Shown: piece after piece, positions 52,746-64,000 of the stretch | Layout of the letters: each line of letters starts with the position of its first letter | Position numbering within the stretch: position 1 is the first letter of the stretch | Assembly (NCBI GenBank): GCA_051294375.1 | Contig: CM119265.1 | Location: forward strand, 27,780,098 to 27,844,097 | Direction: 5' to 3' | From: Paraspadella gotoi | Lineage: Eukaryota > Animalia > Chaetognatha | Length of the DNA: 64,000 nt | Notes under the pieces: model-generated | Databases searched by the model: none | What the model was told of the DNA's origin: nothing | What the model saw: only the letters and a program-made list of their open reading frames with translations | Translations under genes and position numbers: made by a program

Positions 52746-55700
52746 TTGATATAAACTCACCCTTTTGTCACCCAAAATTCCTACCTTTCTCCTTCTTCCC
52801 CTCACTCCCTTACCATCGTCACCCAACTTCCCACATTAAAGCGTTTTAAAAATTCCAAATTTATCTTAAATTAAGATTCTAAAAGTTAGAAATGAACATT
52901 CATGTATGAAAAATTGTATTATCAATTTTACAATTTACGCAGTAGTCCATATTTTTACTTAGTACAAAGCCAATAAATGTTAAAATTTTTAAATAGTTCT
53001 TTGGAAGATTTTTTTGGCAGATTTGATTTCGTCATGAAAAGTTAATAGAAAGAAATTCAATTCGTTTTTGAAAATTCTTTTATTAAGTTGGTCATTAGAA
53101 TGAGGTGAAAATGATAAAATTTTATATACATATGTACATATTTATATATATGTATAGTAATAAGTATTAAATAGGTTAAATTTCAAAATACAAATTTTAA
53201 ATTTTAAGATCGGATTCGGATTCCTTACAAAAAGTTGTTATAAGAAAGTATAATTATTTTTTAAAAGTTGTTTTATTAAGTTGGTCAAAAATATAAAAAA
53301 ACTATATTTAAGATACCGATTTTAAATTTCCAGGTTAAAAATATAGGTTTTTGCAATTTTAACCGACTTAATAATATAATTTTTGAAAAATATTTATATT
53401 TTCTTCAAATTTTAACGAGGAATCTGAATCTGTTCTCAAAATTAAAAAAAAAACATTTTAAAATTTTGAAAATATATAAGGGTAGTGCTATATACAAAAT
53501 AAGCTGACTGGGCTACTATATTTGTAAAAAAAGAAAAGTAATTACAGATTAGTATTCACTAATATGGTAGTTTTTAATATATAACTGCTAAATTTTGATT
53601 CGAAACTTTCACTTCACCCTATTGGTCCATGGTCATTAAGGCGGAAAAAAGTAAAAACTAAGAGTTCTGTAATGTAAATAACGTTAGAGCATCCCTGTAG
53701 GATGACGAAATAAAAAAAAATTAAGATTTTATATAAAGTTAATAACATAGAAGCATTTAAAGTTTATTGTATTACTATAAATCATGAAAAGTTTTTTTTC
53801 AAAATCAGAATTTTTAAAAACGGATTCAGGTAGAGATTAAAAAAATAAATAAAAAATACTTTTACAAGATTTCCAAATTTTTTTGTTTTATTGCTTAAAA
53901 TTAGCAAAAACTATAAAAATTATGGTATAATGATGATGATGATAATTTTCAAGAGTTTTTTCTATTATTTGACCCACTTATCATCGAAATATTGAAAAAC
54001 GCATTATACTTTGTGTAGACAACTTTGTATGGGCTATCTGAATCCGTTCTTAAAAAAATAAAATTTTTACAAATTAAATTGTTTATTGCCTATGCATTGA
54101 TAAATCTTTAAATGTTTTAATGTTATACTGTGCTTCACTAGTTAAAAAGGTGATAGTAAATATTGATTAAGTATATGATGGACAAAAAAGTGATCAATTT
54201 TGACCCGCCTTAATGGTCATATATCATAAAAACCTATATTTTAAGCTAAAAATTAAAATTTTATATATTAAATATACTACCTTTTTTAAAATTTTTAACC
54301 CACTTGAAGTGGCCATAGCCGATAAAATTTAAATTCTAATGTATCCAGCGTTAAAATAATATATCATGAGCATAGATTATAGTATTAAAATATTTTTTTT
54401 CAAAAATTATTTTTTCTGAGGGTACTAGCCTAAATAAAGTTATTATATTAGTATATAAAGAAAACAAAAACATTTGAAATCTTACAATTTTTTAATGGAT
54501 TATGATAGAGCATAAAAAGTTAAACGAGAAATATAATTACAGCTTTTAAAAATTCTTACGTTTTCTTAATAAATATTTAAAAAAAATGATAAAATTATCA
54601 AAAGATGATGATGATTTCTATATTTTCATATTTTTTTATTTTTGACCTATTTATCATAAAAATATTTAAAAAAGAATTATACATTGTGTAGACAACTTTT
54701 TATGAGCTATCTGAATCTGATCTTAAAATTTAAAATTTCTCAAAAAGATTGTTGGCCTTTCCTATCTATAAATAAATATTAAAAAATAAATAACTAGGGT
54801 ATAGACCATATAAAAAATGTTTTGTCCATTGAAAGTATAATTAAAAATGTATAAATTTCGTTTCAGCATGTACTTCACTCTAAATTTTTGACTCACCCCA
54901 TTAAGTGCGTCTTGAAGAAAAAAAAATTAAAATTTATTTATATTTTCTTTTACCAACTTTCAACAAAGAAATAAAATCTGCAATCAAAATTAAGAAAAGC
55001 TTATTTTAAAATTTTTCGATATATCAATATAGCCTACTGCGTAAATGAAAGAACTTAAATTGATTCTTATGATAAATTAATGTTCACTGATATAATTTCC
55101 ATACATAACTTTGACTCGGCTCTAACCCACATCCCACTTCCACCAGCCTCTACCCCCATCACCCTTCCTGCCTTCCTGGTGGCCACACTCAACAGTCTCC
55201 TCCACATGATCGTGCCTTTCATCTTCGTCATCTTTTCTCATCTCGACTGGAACTGCTTAGTCCTTCTGCGCGGATGGATCAACCTCATCGGCGCCTTACT
55301 CCTCGCAGCAGTCTATGGCGATTGGTCCTTCCCGGCGCAAACGAGTTGGAAGGGCGTGGTTGCGGCGCTGCTTTGCGGTACCAACAGCAACATTTACCGT
55401 TGGGCAATTCCAAAAGTTTACAAGGTTAGGGGGTAAAATATGAAGGTGAAGAGACAGTAATTATTGTTATGAGTTAGTGATAGAACCGTTCAATATAAGC
55501 AGTCCCTGAGCTTCGGATCAGGCTGTAACACCATGTTACAGGCGGGTTAAGCGCCCCGTCCCTCTTAACTGCCAGACGACCACCGGGCTAGAACCCCGGA
55601 CCTTTGGGTTGGGAGGCGAATGACTTGCCTCCGGCACCAATGGCCGCTGATGAACGGTTGGTGGGTTTTAGTCCACCATAAAGGTCTTGTTTTGACTGAA

Positions 55701-56755
55701 AAAATAGGAAATTAATACGTTAAATGCAAGATTGAGTAAACTAGCTTATTTATTAAATGAATGGACAATTTTTATATTGGTTGTACCAATTTGATAAAAT
55801 TCAGTTCCTTGTATTTTGATGCTGGGTGGAGTACAATATAGTATTCCCCGATCTAATACTTAAGGGAGTGGTCTTTTCAAACAATTGAAACATTCTTTGA
55901 ATTTTGAAACATTATACCACTTCATTGATAGGGAAGCAAGGTACTCTGGAAGTGAAGAGACAGTGATATTTGTTATGTGTTAGTGACAGAACCGTTCAAT
56001 ATAAGCAGTCCCTGAGCTTCGGATCAGGCTGTAACACTGTAACCAACCCCGGACCTTTGGGTTGGGAGGCGAATAACTTGCCTCCGGCACCAATGGCTGC
56101 TGATGAACGGTTGGTGGATTTTAATCCACCATAGAAGTAAATAAACGAGACTGTGAGAGATTCTTGATTAAAAGCTTGCAGAGACCTGCTATTTCATTAT
56201 CTTGTAAGAGTGATGCAGGCCTTAAACCACCAAAGCCTGTCCAAAGTCAGGGGCAATATAGCTTATTTAATAAATGAAGGGATAATTTTTATATTGGTTT
56301 TACCAATTTCATAAAAAAACTTATCTGAAGAGTTAAAGGTCAAACAAAAATGTGAATTTTTTATTATTTGCTTTTCTAAATATATATTTTTTATTTCTGT
56401 TATTTTTCATTTTAATATAGTTTTTAAAAGATTAAATTTTTTTTTCAAATTAATCTAGTATCGCCCAGATATAAAGTATCACACTGTACTCTAGGACATG
56501 GAGGTCATTCAGCCTGGATCGGCCGGAGTGCTCGGCAACATCGTCAACACTTTCTACATCCCTAGCGCCGCCATCTTCGCCCTCGTCTTCTTCAACGAGG
56601 CGCTGGGTTGGCTCGAGGTGCTGGGCTGCGGACTCATTTTTATATCAGTCGTCGTTGTATTGACTTTTAAACTTGTGAAAGGTTGGAATATGGAGGAGGA
56701 AGAGGAGATGAAGGAAGAAGAAAGAAAGAAAGAACTGTTGGGCGTTAAGCCGTGA
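52413..56755 (+). CDS. EamA/DMT-superfamily (SLC35G-like) transporter; exons 52413-52530, 55147-55424 (donor tentative), 56495-56755
   Basis: Phase-compatible splicing; IGIVFVSRPTFVFG and ALVFFNEALGWLEVLGCGLI match EamA repeat ends. Further 5' exons not found. Confidence 0.75.
53096..53621. mobile_element. hAT-type MITE (same family as 35578-36187)
   Basis: Same TIRs; imperfect TSD TTGGTCAT / TTGGTCCA. Confidence 0.75.
53637..54212. mobile_element. hAT-type MITE
   Basis: TIR TAAGGCGG / CCGCCTTA; perfect 8-bp TSD ATGGTCAT. Confidence 0.85.
55447..55680 (-). mobile_element. Solo LTR, twister-TRIM family 1
   Basis: 234 bp; TSD AAGG; intact twister fold. Confidence 0.9.
55953..56133 (-). mobile_element. 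Solo LTR family 1 with the twister core deleted
   Basis: TSD GAAG; empty homologous site at ~3240-3260. Confidence 0.85.
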
Positions 56756-58209
56756 AGAGATTTATTCATTAATTCAATTGTTCATTTATTCGTTCACTCA
56801 TTCATATATTCCATTTGTAAAAAAAAAATGAAGGCAATTCTATAATTCACGCTAATACGGTATTTTTAACAAAGCTTTGCTTGTTTTATATATTTTATTT
56901 TTATCTGCACTCCGTTTGATTTATATTGGCACACCCTGATACCTTTGATGTAATTCAATTTTACAACCGCCATTTTAAAAAGAAAAAACAAATTAACTAA
57001 CTAATTATAACTTTTTAATAATCTTCATTCAGTTTTTTCTATCTTGTAAATCGGTTTAGTGAATCAAAACTTAGAATAGTATTTACCATAAGATTTTAGA
57101 GGTAAACATTTATTGAAGGTCTTTTTATAATAAATTAAAATAATCACTGATGTTTTCTCTTTCTGATAAAGGTTTTATTTTTCTCATGCTCTTACAATAC
57201 GCTGCAGGAGAAGTTTTTGCAGCAGTGCTTGTAGCATTGCTTTAATAGTTAGAACAAGATCTGGTTAAGTATTTTCAAATATTTTTTTTTCTTTACATTC
57301 ACCCGATGCGTCACAAAATAAAAAAAAGATGAAGTGATACAGATTTTTTCAGTTTTGAATCACTACCCTGTCGTTCCACATATAAAAGACAGCTTACCAT
57401 ATATTCTCTAAAAACAAAAACTCTGTCATGTTGCTTGAACTTTCCATATCTCGTTACATATCTTTCCATATCTCTTTACATATCTCTCTCCATCTTCACA
57501 TCCCCTTCCTTTCCCTCCAGCGACAAAATTATGCGTGTCACAGTTTAAACTGAATGACGAAGAGAATTTCACCGAAATTTCTGCGAATGGGACTCGGCGC
57601 AGTTTTTGGCGGGAGCGACGACGACGACGACGACGACGATGATAACGATAACGACAACGATGACGACGACGACGACAATGACGACGATGATAATGATAAC
57701 GACCATGACAGGGACGACGACAATGATGACGATGATAACGATGATGAGGATGATCAAAACAATGACGACGATGATAATGATAACGACGTCAATAACGATA
57801 CCACGAAGACAGATGACAATGATAAAGAGAATGATAAAGACAACGACAACTAAAAATACAGACTTTGATGGCTAACAATGATGAATATAGAGACTTGAGT
57901 ATAAGACAATGACAAAAAAAATATCAGTGTCATCATCGACTTCGTGGTTGTTGTCGTCGTCACCGTCATCATCATCGTAGTAATACTTCTAATGCATATT
58001 TCCTTATTGTATAGTTATTATTCACTTTTTTTTCTGTGGACGACTATGTCAAGTTCCACGATGTCATCATCGTCAGCGTCATTTCTACGTAGATGACATT
58101 GAAGACGACGACGACGACAACGACGACGACGACGACGAGCAATCGTAGATCAGTGACCCGCCCAACGTCTTTCGCGCCATCGTCGGGCTTAAATTTTTGG
58201 CGGTTATAA

Positions 58210-58353
<144 letters not shown>

Positions 58354-58653
58354 ATTCCCCATTCACAAATTCTTTTCCCCACATACGACATCTCGTTTGG
58401 AGGCGAAAAAAAAATTGTTTCATCCCAAAAGATAAAAGTTGAAAAAAAAAGTTAAAAAACCTTAAACGATTCAAACGTCAAGGGTTAAAAAGAAAAACCT
58501 CTTTCCTTTAAATATATTATATAAAATAAAAAAGAATAAAATAAGATTAAAAAAAATGTTATAAAGAAGAAGAGGATTCGCGCGACTGAAACATAAATTA
58601 GAGTGAAAACCGGAAATGATGTCACCGAGAAAAGATTTTTGTGAGAAAAGTTT

Positions 58654-58685
<32 letters not shown>

Positions 58686-59269
58686 TCCTTTTTATCCCCA
58701 AAATATTTTTCTCTTTCTTTTTATTCTATTATAATTTTCTCTCCTATTATCTCGTGTCTTTATCTCTTACTCTTCTTCCTCCTTTCTCTCATAACTTTTT
58801 CTTTTTCCTTCATTTTTTTTTCAAGACATAAAAATTTGGTGTCTCCTGCCCCTCCTCTCTTTTCCCCTTCTCCTCTCTTCTCCTCCTCCTCCTCCTCCTC
58901 CCCCCTTCTCCTCTCCTCTCCTCCTCCTACTCCTCCTCCTCCTCCTCCCCTCCTCTTTCCCCTCCTCCTCTCCTCATTTTGCGACATTAAATGCGACATC
59001 CAAATTCAAAAGAAAGAAAAGAGAGAGAGGCGTCTTTGTTTGGTGAGGAGAGACTGAGAGATTGAGGACGGGGTGAGGAAAGGTAAAGTTTAAAGAGGAA
59101 AGAAAAAAAGATAGTGAAGGGTGAGGAAAGGAAAAGTGTTCAAGTTATATATGGGGTTAAACGAGGTAAGTGAAAAAAATAAGTTAAAAAGAGAATTTGT
59201 GATTCCCCATTTTAAATTTTAATAAAAAAAATTGCTAAATCCTTTTTTTTTCTATTTCTCTCTTTCTCT

Positions 59270-59367
<98 letters not shown>

Positions 59368-59505
59368 AGCCACTCCATCTCTTTCCAAAAAGTAAATAAA
59401 GATGATGAGGACGTGGGCAGTTCATTGAGTACCTGACTTCGACCAGGAAAGAAAAACTGTCTTTAAAGAGATGACCGCCCACAGCGCAATTAGAGAGACA
59501 GAGAA

Positions 59506-59557
<52 letters not shown>

Positions 59558-59624
59558 AGGAAATGAGAAATGATTGAAAAGATTTTATGAAGAGGAAAGG
59601 TAAAGAAGATTGATTGATTGATTG

Positions 59625-59658
<34 letters not shown>

Positions 59659-60442
59659 TACTTATTGAAAAAAGAGAATGAAAAAGATAAGAAAAAAGAG
59701 GAGATGGAGAGAGAAACAAGAAGATGTTTTTCAATGAAAGAGAGAAAAAGATTTACAAAGATGAAGAAAAGAGGAAAAGTGATGGAAAGAAAAAAAAGTA
59801 GATTAAAATTGTAAGATGACGTTATGATTCGACTATAATTAGAATTGTGGGATGTTGAATAAATACGAGATAGAGTAGCGTCATACTCATCGGATTTTAG
59901 CCTCAGTTTAGTTGCGAAAAATCAAAAACAAGGAACGGTTATTCCAAGGTGTTGCGCCGCACTACTTTTTTTTTACTTATCTTTTCTTTAAAAACAAAGG
60001 GCGGCGCCAGTAGTCGCTTTGATTTTTAACAAATGAGTAACAAACTATAGGCAAGTTATAAGCATTTTTAAATGTAAGTGGGACAGACCGATGGACAGAT
60101 ATACCGACGGANNNNNNNNNNGACCGAAAAGTGACTCGCGGCGCAACTAAAAATATTGGAGAAAGTTGATTGAAAAGGAAACGCATTGGGACAAAGCGCT
60201 AGAATAAATTCAGCAGGCAAATCCCATTGTTTGCAATAAAGACGATTTTGTCACATAGCGGGAAAAGATAAAAGTAAACGATTGTTTCTCGCGTAAAAAT
60301 TTCCTGACTTCAGCAGAAGAAGAAAAAAATATGTTTTGTCCAGAAAATCCTGAAAAACGATTCTAAGTCGCGGCGATGACCATTCGGAGGCAGAGGCGAC
60401 AAACATACAAAAAACAGTGTGTCTGTGGGTGAGAGAAGGGAG

Positions 60443-60478
<36 letters not shown>

Positions 60479-60910
60479 GAGAGAGACGCGAGAAAATTGG
60501 AAAAGAGCAAGATGATGGATGTAGGCAGAGAGAAGTTTGTTTTTTTTGGTAGAAGGGATTGAATGGTTAGAGGAGATTTGAAAAAGAAGAGTTTGGGTGA
60601 AGTGATAAGATTAGGGAAGTAAGAGCAGGTTGTTAAGAGCAGGAACCTGAGAGCAGGAAGCTAATAGCAGGAGGATAAAAGCAGAAAGCTAAGAGCAGGA
60701 ATTCCGAGCAGAAAGTCCAAATTAAAAGGAATATGAATAAAAATTCAAAAAGTATGTATGTGTGTTAAGGTGAGAGAAAAAAAAGAAAAGAAAAGAAAAG
60801 AAAAGAAAAGAAAAGAAAAGAAAAAGAGAAGAAGAAAAGAAAGAAATGTCTTAATGTTGAAGTCAAGGGTCTAGTTGGGGTCACAGGGTTGAATAGAGAG
60901 GTTAGGGAAG

Positions 60911-60943
<33 letters not shown>

Positions 60944-61297
60944 NNNNNNNNNNNNNNNNNNNNNNNNNNNNNNNNNNNNNNNNNNNNNNNNNNNNNNNNN
61001 NNNNNNNNNNNNNNNNNNNNNNNNNNNNNNNNNNNNNNNNNNNNNNNNNNNNNNNNNNNNNNNNNNNNNNNNNNNNNNNNNNNNNNNNNNNNNNNNNNNN
61101 NNNNNNNNNNNNNNNNNNNNNNNNNNNNNNNNNNNNNNNNNNNNNNNNNNNNNNNNNNNNNNNNNNNNNNNNNNNNNNNNNNNNNNNNNNNNNNNNNNNN
61201 NNNNNNNNNNAGAGAGAGAGAGAGAAAGACCTTACCTATGACCTCCTTTGACCCTATCACTCTGATCTTATCTTCAACCCCAGCCCCTCTAACTTAC

Positions 61298-63066
61298 CCT
61301 TGACCCCCGAGGAGTAGTAATGCCAAATGAGGTCGGCGGGATTCGCTGCTCCGTTGATCCTCCCGTTGAGTGTGAAGTGGGTGAGGTGCTGCGTCTGAAG
61401 GGAAGTGTCGTCGTAGTCGCGACCCGACACTCCGCGGCTGCTCAGGTTCAAGGGTCAGGGGTACAGAGTGGAGAAAGGGAAGGGGTTGTGGTGTTAATAT
61501 CAGGAAGAGGTTCAGGAAGGGGTGGGAATTTCGGTGGGTGGGGTGGACTTTACTTACCAGTGGAAGAGAAGGGAAATATTTTATCAAACCGTTAATTTTA
61601 GCTAATAATTAAGTATGTATTCATTCAAAGTGGGCCCCCCACATAATTTGATTTAATTAAAAACGCAATTCAGATTTCGTATGATTAAAACAATACTTAA
61701 ATAAATGAATATTTAATTTAATGAAAAAATTGTCAAAAAGCGACGTCTCTAAACTGAAATGAGTTTAAATTTTCGCGTCAAAAACGAAATTCGTTTGCGT
61801 CATCAAAGTTTAATATGTTAGGCTGATAAGAACATTTTTTTCCTTTTCATTTTTTTCTTTTTCTTTTTTCTTTTCTTTCATTTCCTTTTCTTTCACACTC
61901 CCATCGGTTTACTTTTTCCTTTCTTTTTCTTCCCTTTATTTTCCTTTCTTTATCCTTTTTTTCTCATTTCACTTCTTAACCCCCCTGTCTTTCTTTATTC
62001 TTCTTTACATCCTTTTACCACCCTTTAATATTTCCAATCTTCCTACCTTCCTATCTCTCCCTATTTTTTTACCCTTCTCTCCTTCCTTTTTCCTTCATCT
62101 TCCCGTTTTNNNNNNNNNNNNNNNNNNNNNNNNNNNNNNNNNNNNNNNNNNNNNNNNNNNNNNNNNNNNNNNNNNNNNNNNNNNNNNNNNNNNNNNNNNN
62201 NNNNNNNNNNNNNNNNNNNNNNNNNNNNNNNNNNNNNNNNNNNNNNNNNNNNNNNNNNNNNNNNNNNNNNNNNNNNNNNNNNNNNNNNNNNNNNNNNNNN
62301 NNNNNNNNNNNNNNNNNNNNNNNNNNNNNNNNNNNNNNNNNNNNNNNNNNNNNNNNNNNNNNNNNNNNNNNNNNNNNNNNNNNNNNNNNNNNNNNNNNNN
62401 NNNNNNNNNNNNNNNNNNNNNNNNNNNTTTTTGTGTTAAATATTTAAATATAATATTATTTATCTATTTTGTGATGGGGACGATAGTGTTGTGATTTTAG
62501 GCGGAGAAACAAGTTGTAAGAATCTTAGTTAATGAATCAATTAACAGTTATTAACGATTAACAATTATTAACAAGGACATTCCTCACCTTAGTTAATTAA
62601 TCATAAATGTGAACAATTATTAACAAGAACATTCCTCACCTTAGTTAATGAATCATAAATGTGAACAATTATTAACAAGGGCATTCCTCACCTTAGTTAA
62701 TTAATAATAAATGTGAACAATTATTAACAAGGACATTCCTCACCTTAGTTAATTAAAAATAAATGTGAACAATTATTAAGAAGGACATTCCTCACCTTAG
62801 TTAATTAATCATAAATGTGAACAATTATTAAAAAGGACATTCCTCACCTTAGTTAATTAATCATAAATGTGAACAATTATTAACAAGGACATTCCTCACC
62901 TTAGTTAATTAATCAAAAATGTAAACCGTCATTCCTCACCTTTGTGAACATCTCAAGACGCCGCGTTTGTACAGCAGAACCAACCAGATCAGAATTATGA
63001 GCACAAAGAAGATGAGGCCACCCATAATAGTGAGGAGAAGGATTTGACTACGGAAATCCATGGCGC
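61298..63066 (-). CDS. Single-pass membrane protein; exons 63066-62940 (TM) and 61437-61298
   Basis: ccag/gtgagg and gcag/gtaagt sites with matching phase 2; hydrophobic ILLLTIMGGLIFFVLIILIWLVLLY followed by KR. Family not recognised. Confidence 0.65.
62525..62940. repeat. 52-bp minisatellite, ~8 units
   Basis: TTAGTTAATTAATCATAAATGTGAACAATTATTAACAAGGACATTCCTCACC units end at 62588, 62640, 62692, 62744, 62796, 62848 and 62900. Confidence 0.92.
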
Positions 63067-64000
63067 CTGGAGAGAGAGAGAGAGANNNNNNNNNNNNNNN
63101 NNNNNNNNNNNNNNNNNNNNNNNNNNNNNNNNNNNNNNNNNNNNNNNNNNNNNNNNNNNNNNNNNNNNNNNNNNNNNNNNNNNNNNNNNNNNNNNNNNNN
63201 NNNNNNNNNNNNNNNNNNNNNNNNNNNNNNNNNNNNNNNNNNNNNNNNNNNNNNNNNNNNNNNNNNNNNNNNNNNNNNNNNNNNNNNNNNNNNNNNNNNN
63301 NNNNNNNNNNNNNNNNNNNNNNNNNNNNNNNNNNNNNNNNNNNNNNNNNNNNNNNNNNNNNNNNNNNNNNNNNNNNNNNNNNNNNNNNNNNNGAGAGAGA
63401 GAGAGAGAGCATTAGCGGTTATCTGCTATCGAGACTATTTTACGGCTTCACACGGGAGCTTCTAATTCTCGACTTCTGTCGCTCAGATAATAAACTTAAT
63501 ATGGACATAGAATAAAAAAAAGAAATAAAACGAAATTAAATGAAATAAAAAATGATATTAAAAAAAACTTGGATTCATTGACAAAAGGTTTTTTCTGGAC
63601 TGATGCATCCCTTTGTCTAGTTGATTAATGTATAGCCGTTGTTGCAATTTTTACAACTTTTAAATCTTTTAATTTTAAATCTTTTTAACTATACAGCAGG
63701 TAATTTCTCGTTACGTTTGCATGTGCCTCATAATTTTAATATCTATCATAAGCTCACTATCTTTGTATCACCCTCTTGCTCTCAATCATCTTTTTATAGT
63801 CTATCATTTCTCTATCATTTCTCTTCCGCCTCTCAACCGACTATCTTCATAACGTTGCTATCATTTCTATATCATCTCTAAACCTTCTATCATCTTTATC
63901 AGTTCAAGAGTGTTGGGGAAAGTGGCGACCCAATGAAAAGTTATCACAGTATCCATCACTCTTCCCTATAGACAAAAGCGAGAGAGAGAGAGAGAGAGAG

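Noticed and set aside
62525-62940. CRISPR-like array
   Set aside because: Head-to-tail units with no unique spacers, in a eukaryotic intron.

Overview
AT-rich, repeat-rich, gapped eukaryotic (probably invertebrate) genomic DNA. Almost all ORF-track entries are microsatellite or N-gap artefacts. Genes supported by splice phase and motifs: a four-exon XK-related (Xkr-type) membrane protein gene on + (12322 to ~33420), a tandem partial duplicate of its exons 3-4 (40953 to ~47760), three exons of an EamA/SLC35G-like transporter on + (52413-56755), and two exons of a single-pass membrane protein on - (61298-63066). Mobile DNA: a deleted BEL/Pao LTR element with a 5-bp TSD (33569-38890), hAT-type MITEs with 8-bp TSDs, DINE-1/HINE-like elements and two CCA-tailed tRNA retrocopies. 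Main finding: five sequence-divergent families of miniature LTR elements (three two-LTR elements, five solo LTRs, one partial LTR). Their 234-276 bp LTRs carry a circularly permuted (type-P5) twister ribozyme fold with compensatory pseudoknot changes between families, and four families also have a tRNA-like Pol III A/B-box head. They look like twister-based, Pol III-driven retrozymes. The large inverted repeats at 18-33 kb are most likely gap-filling/misorientation artefacts.
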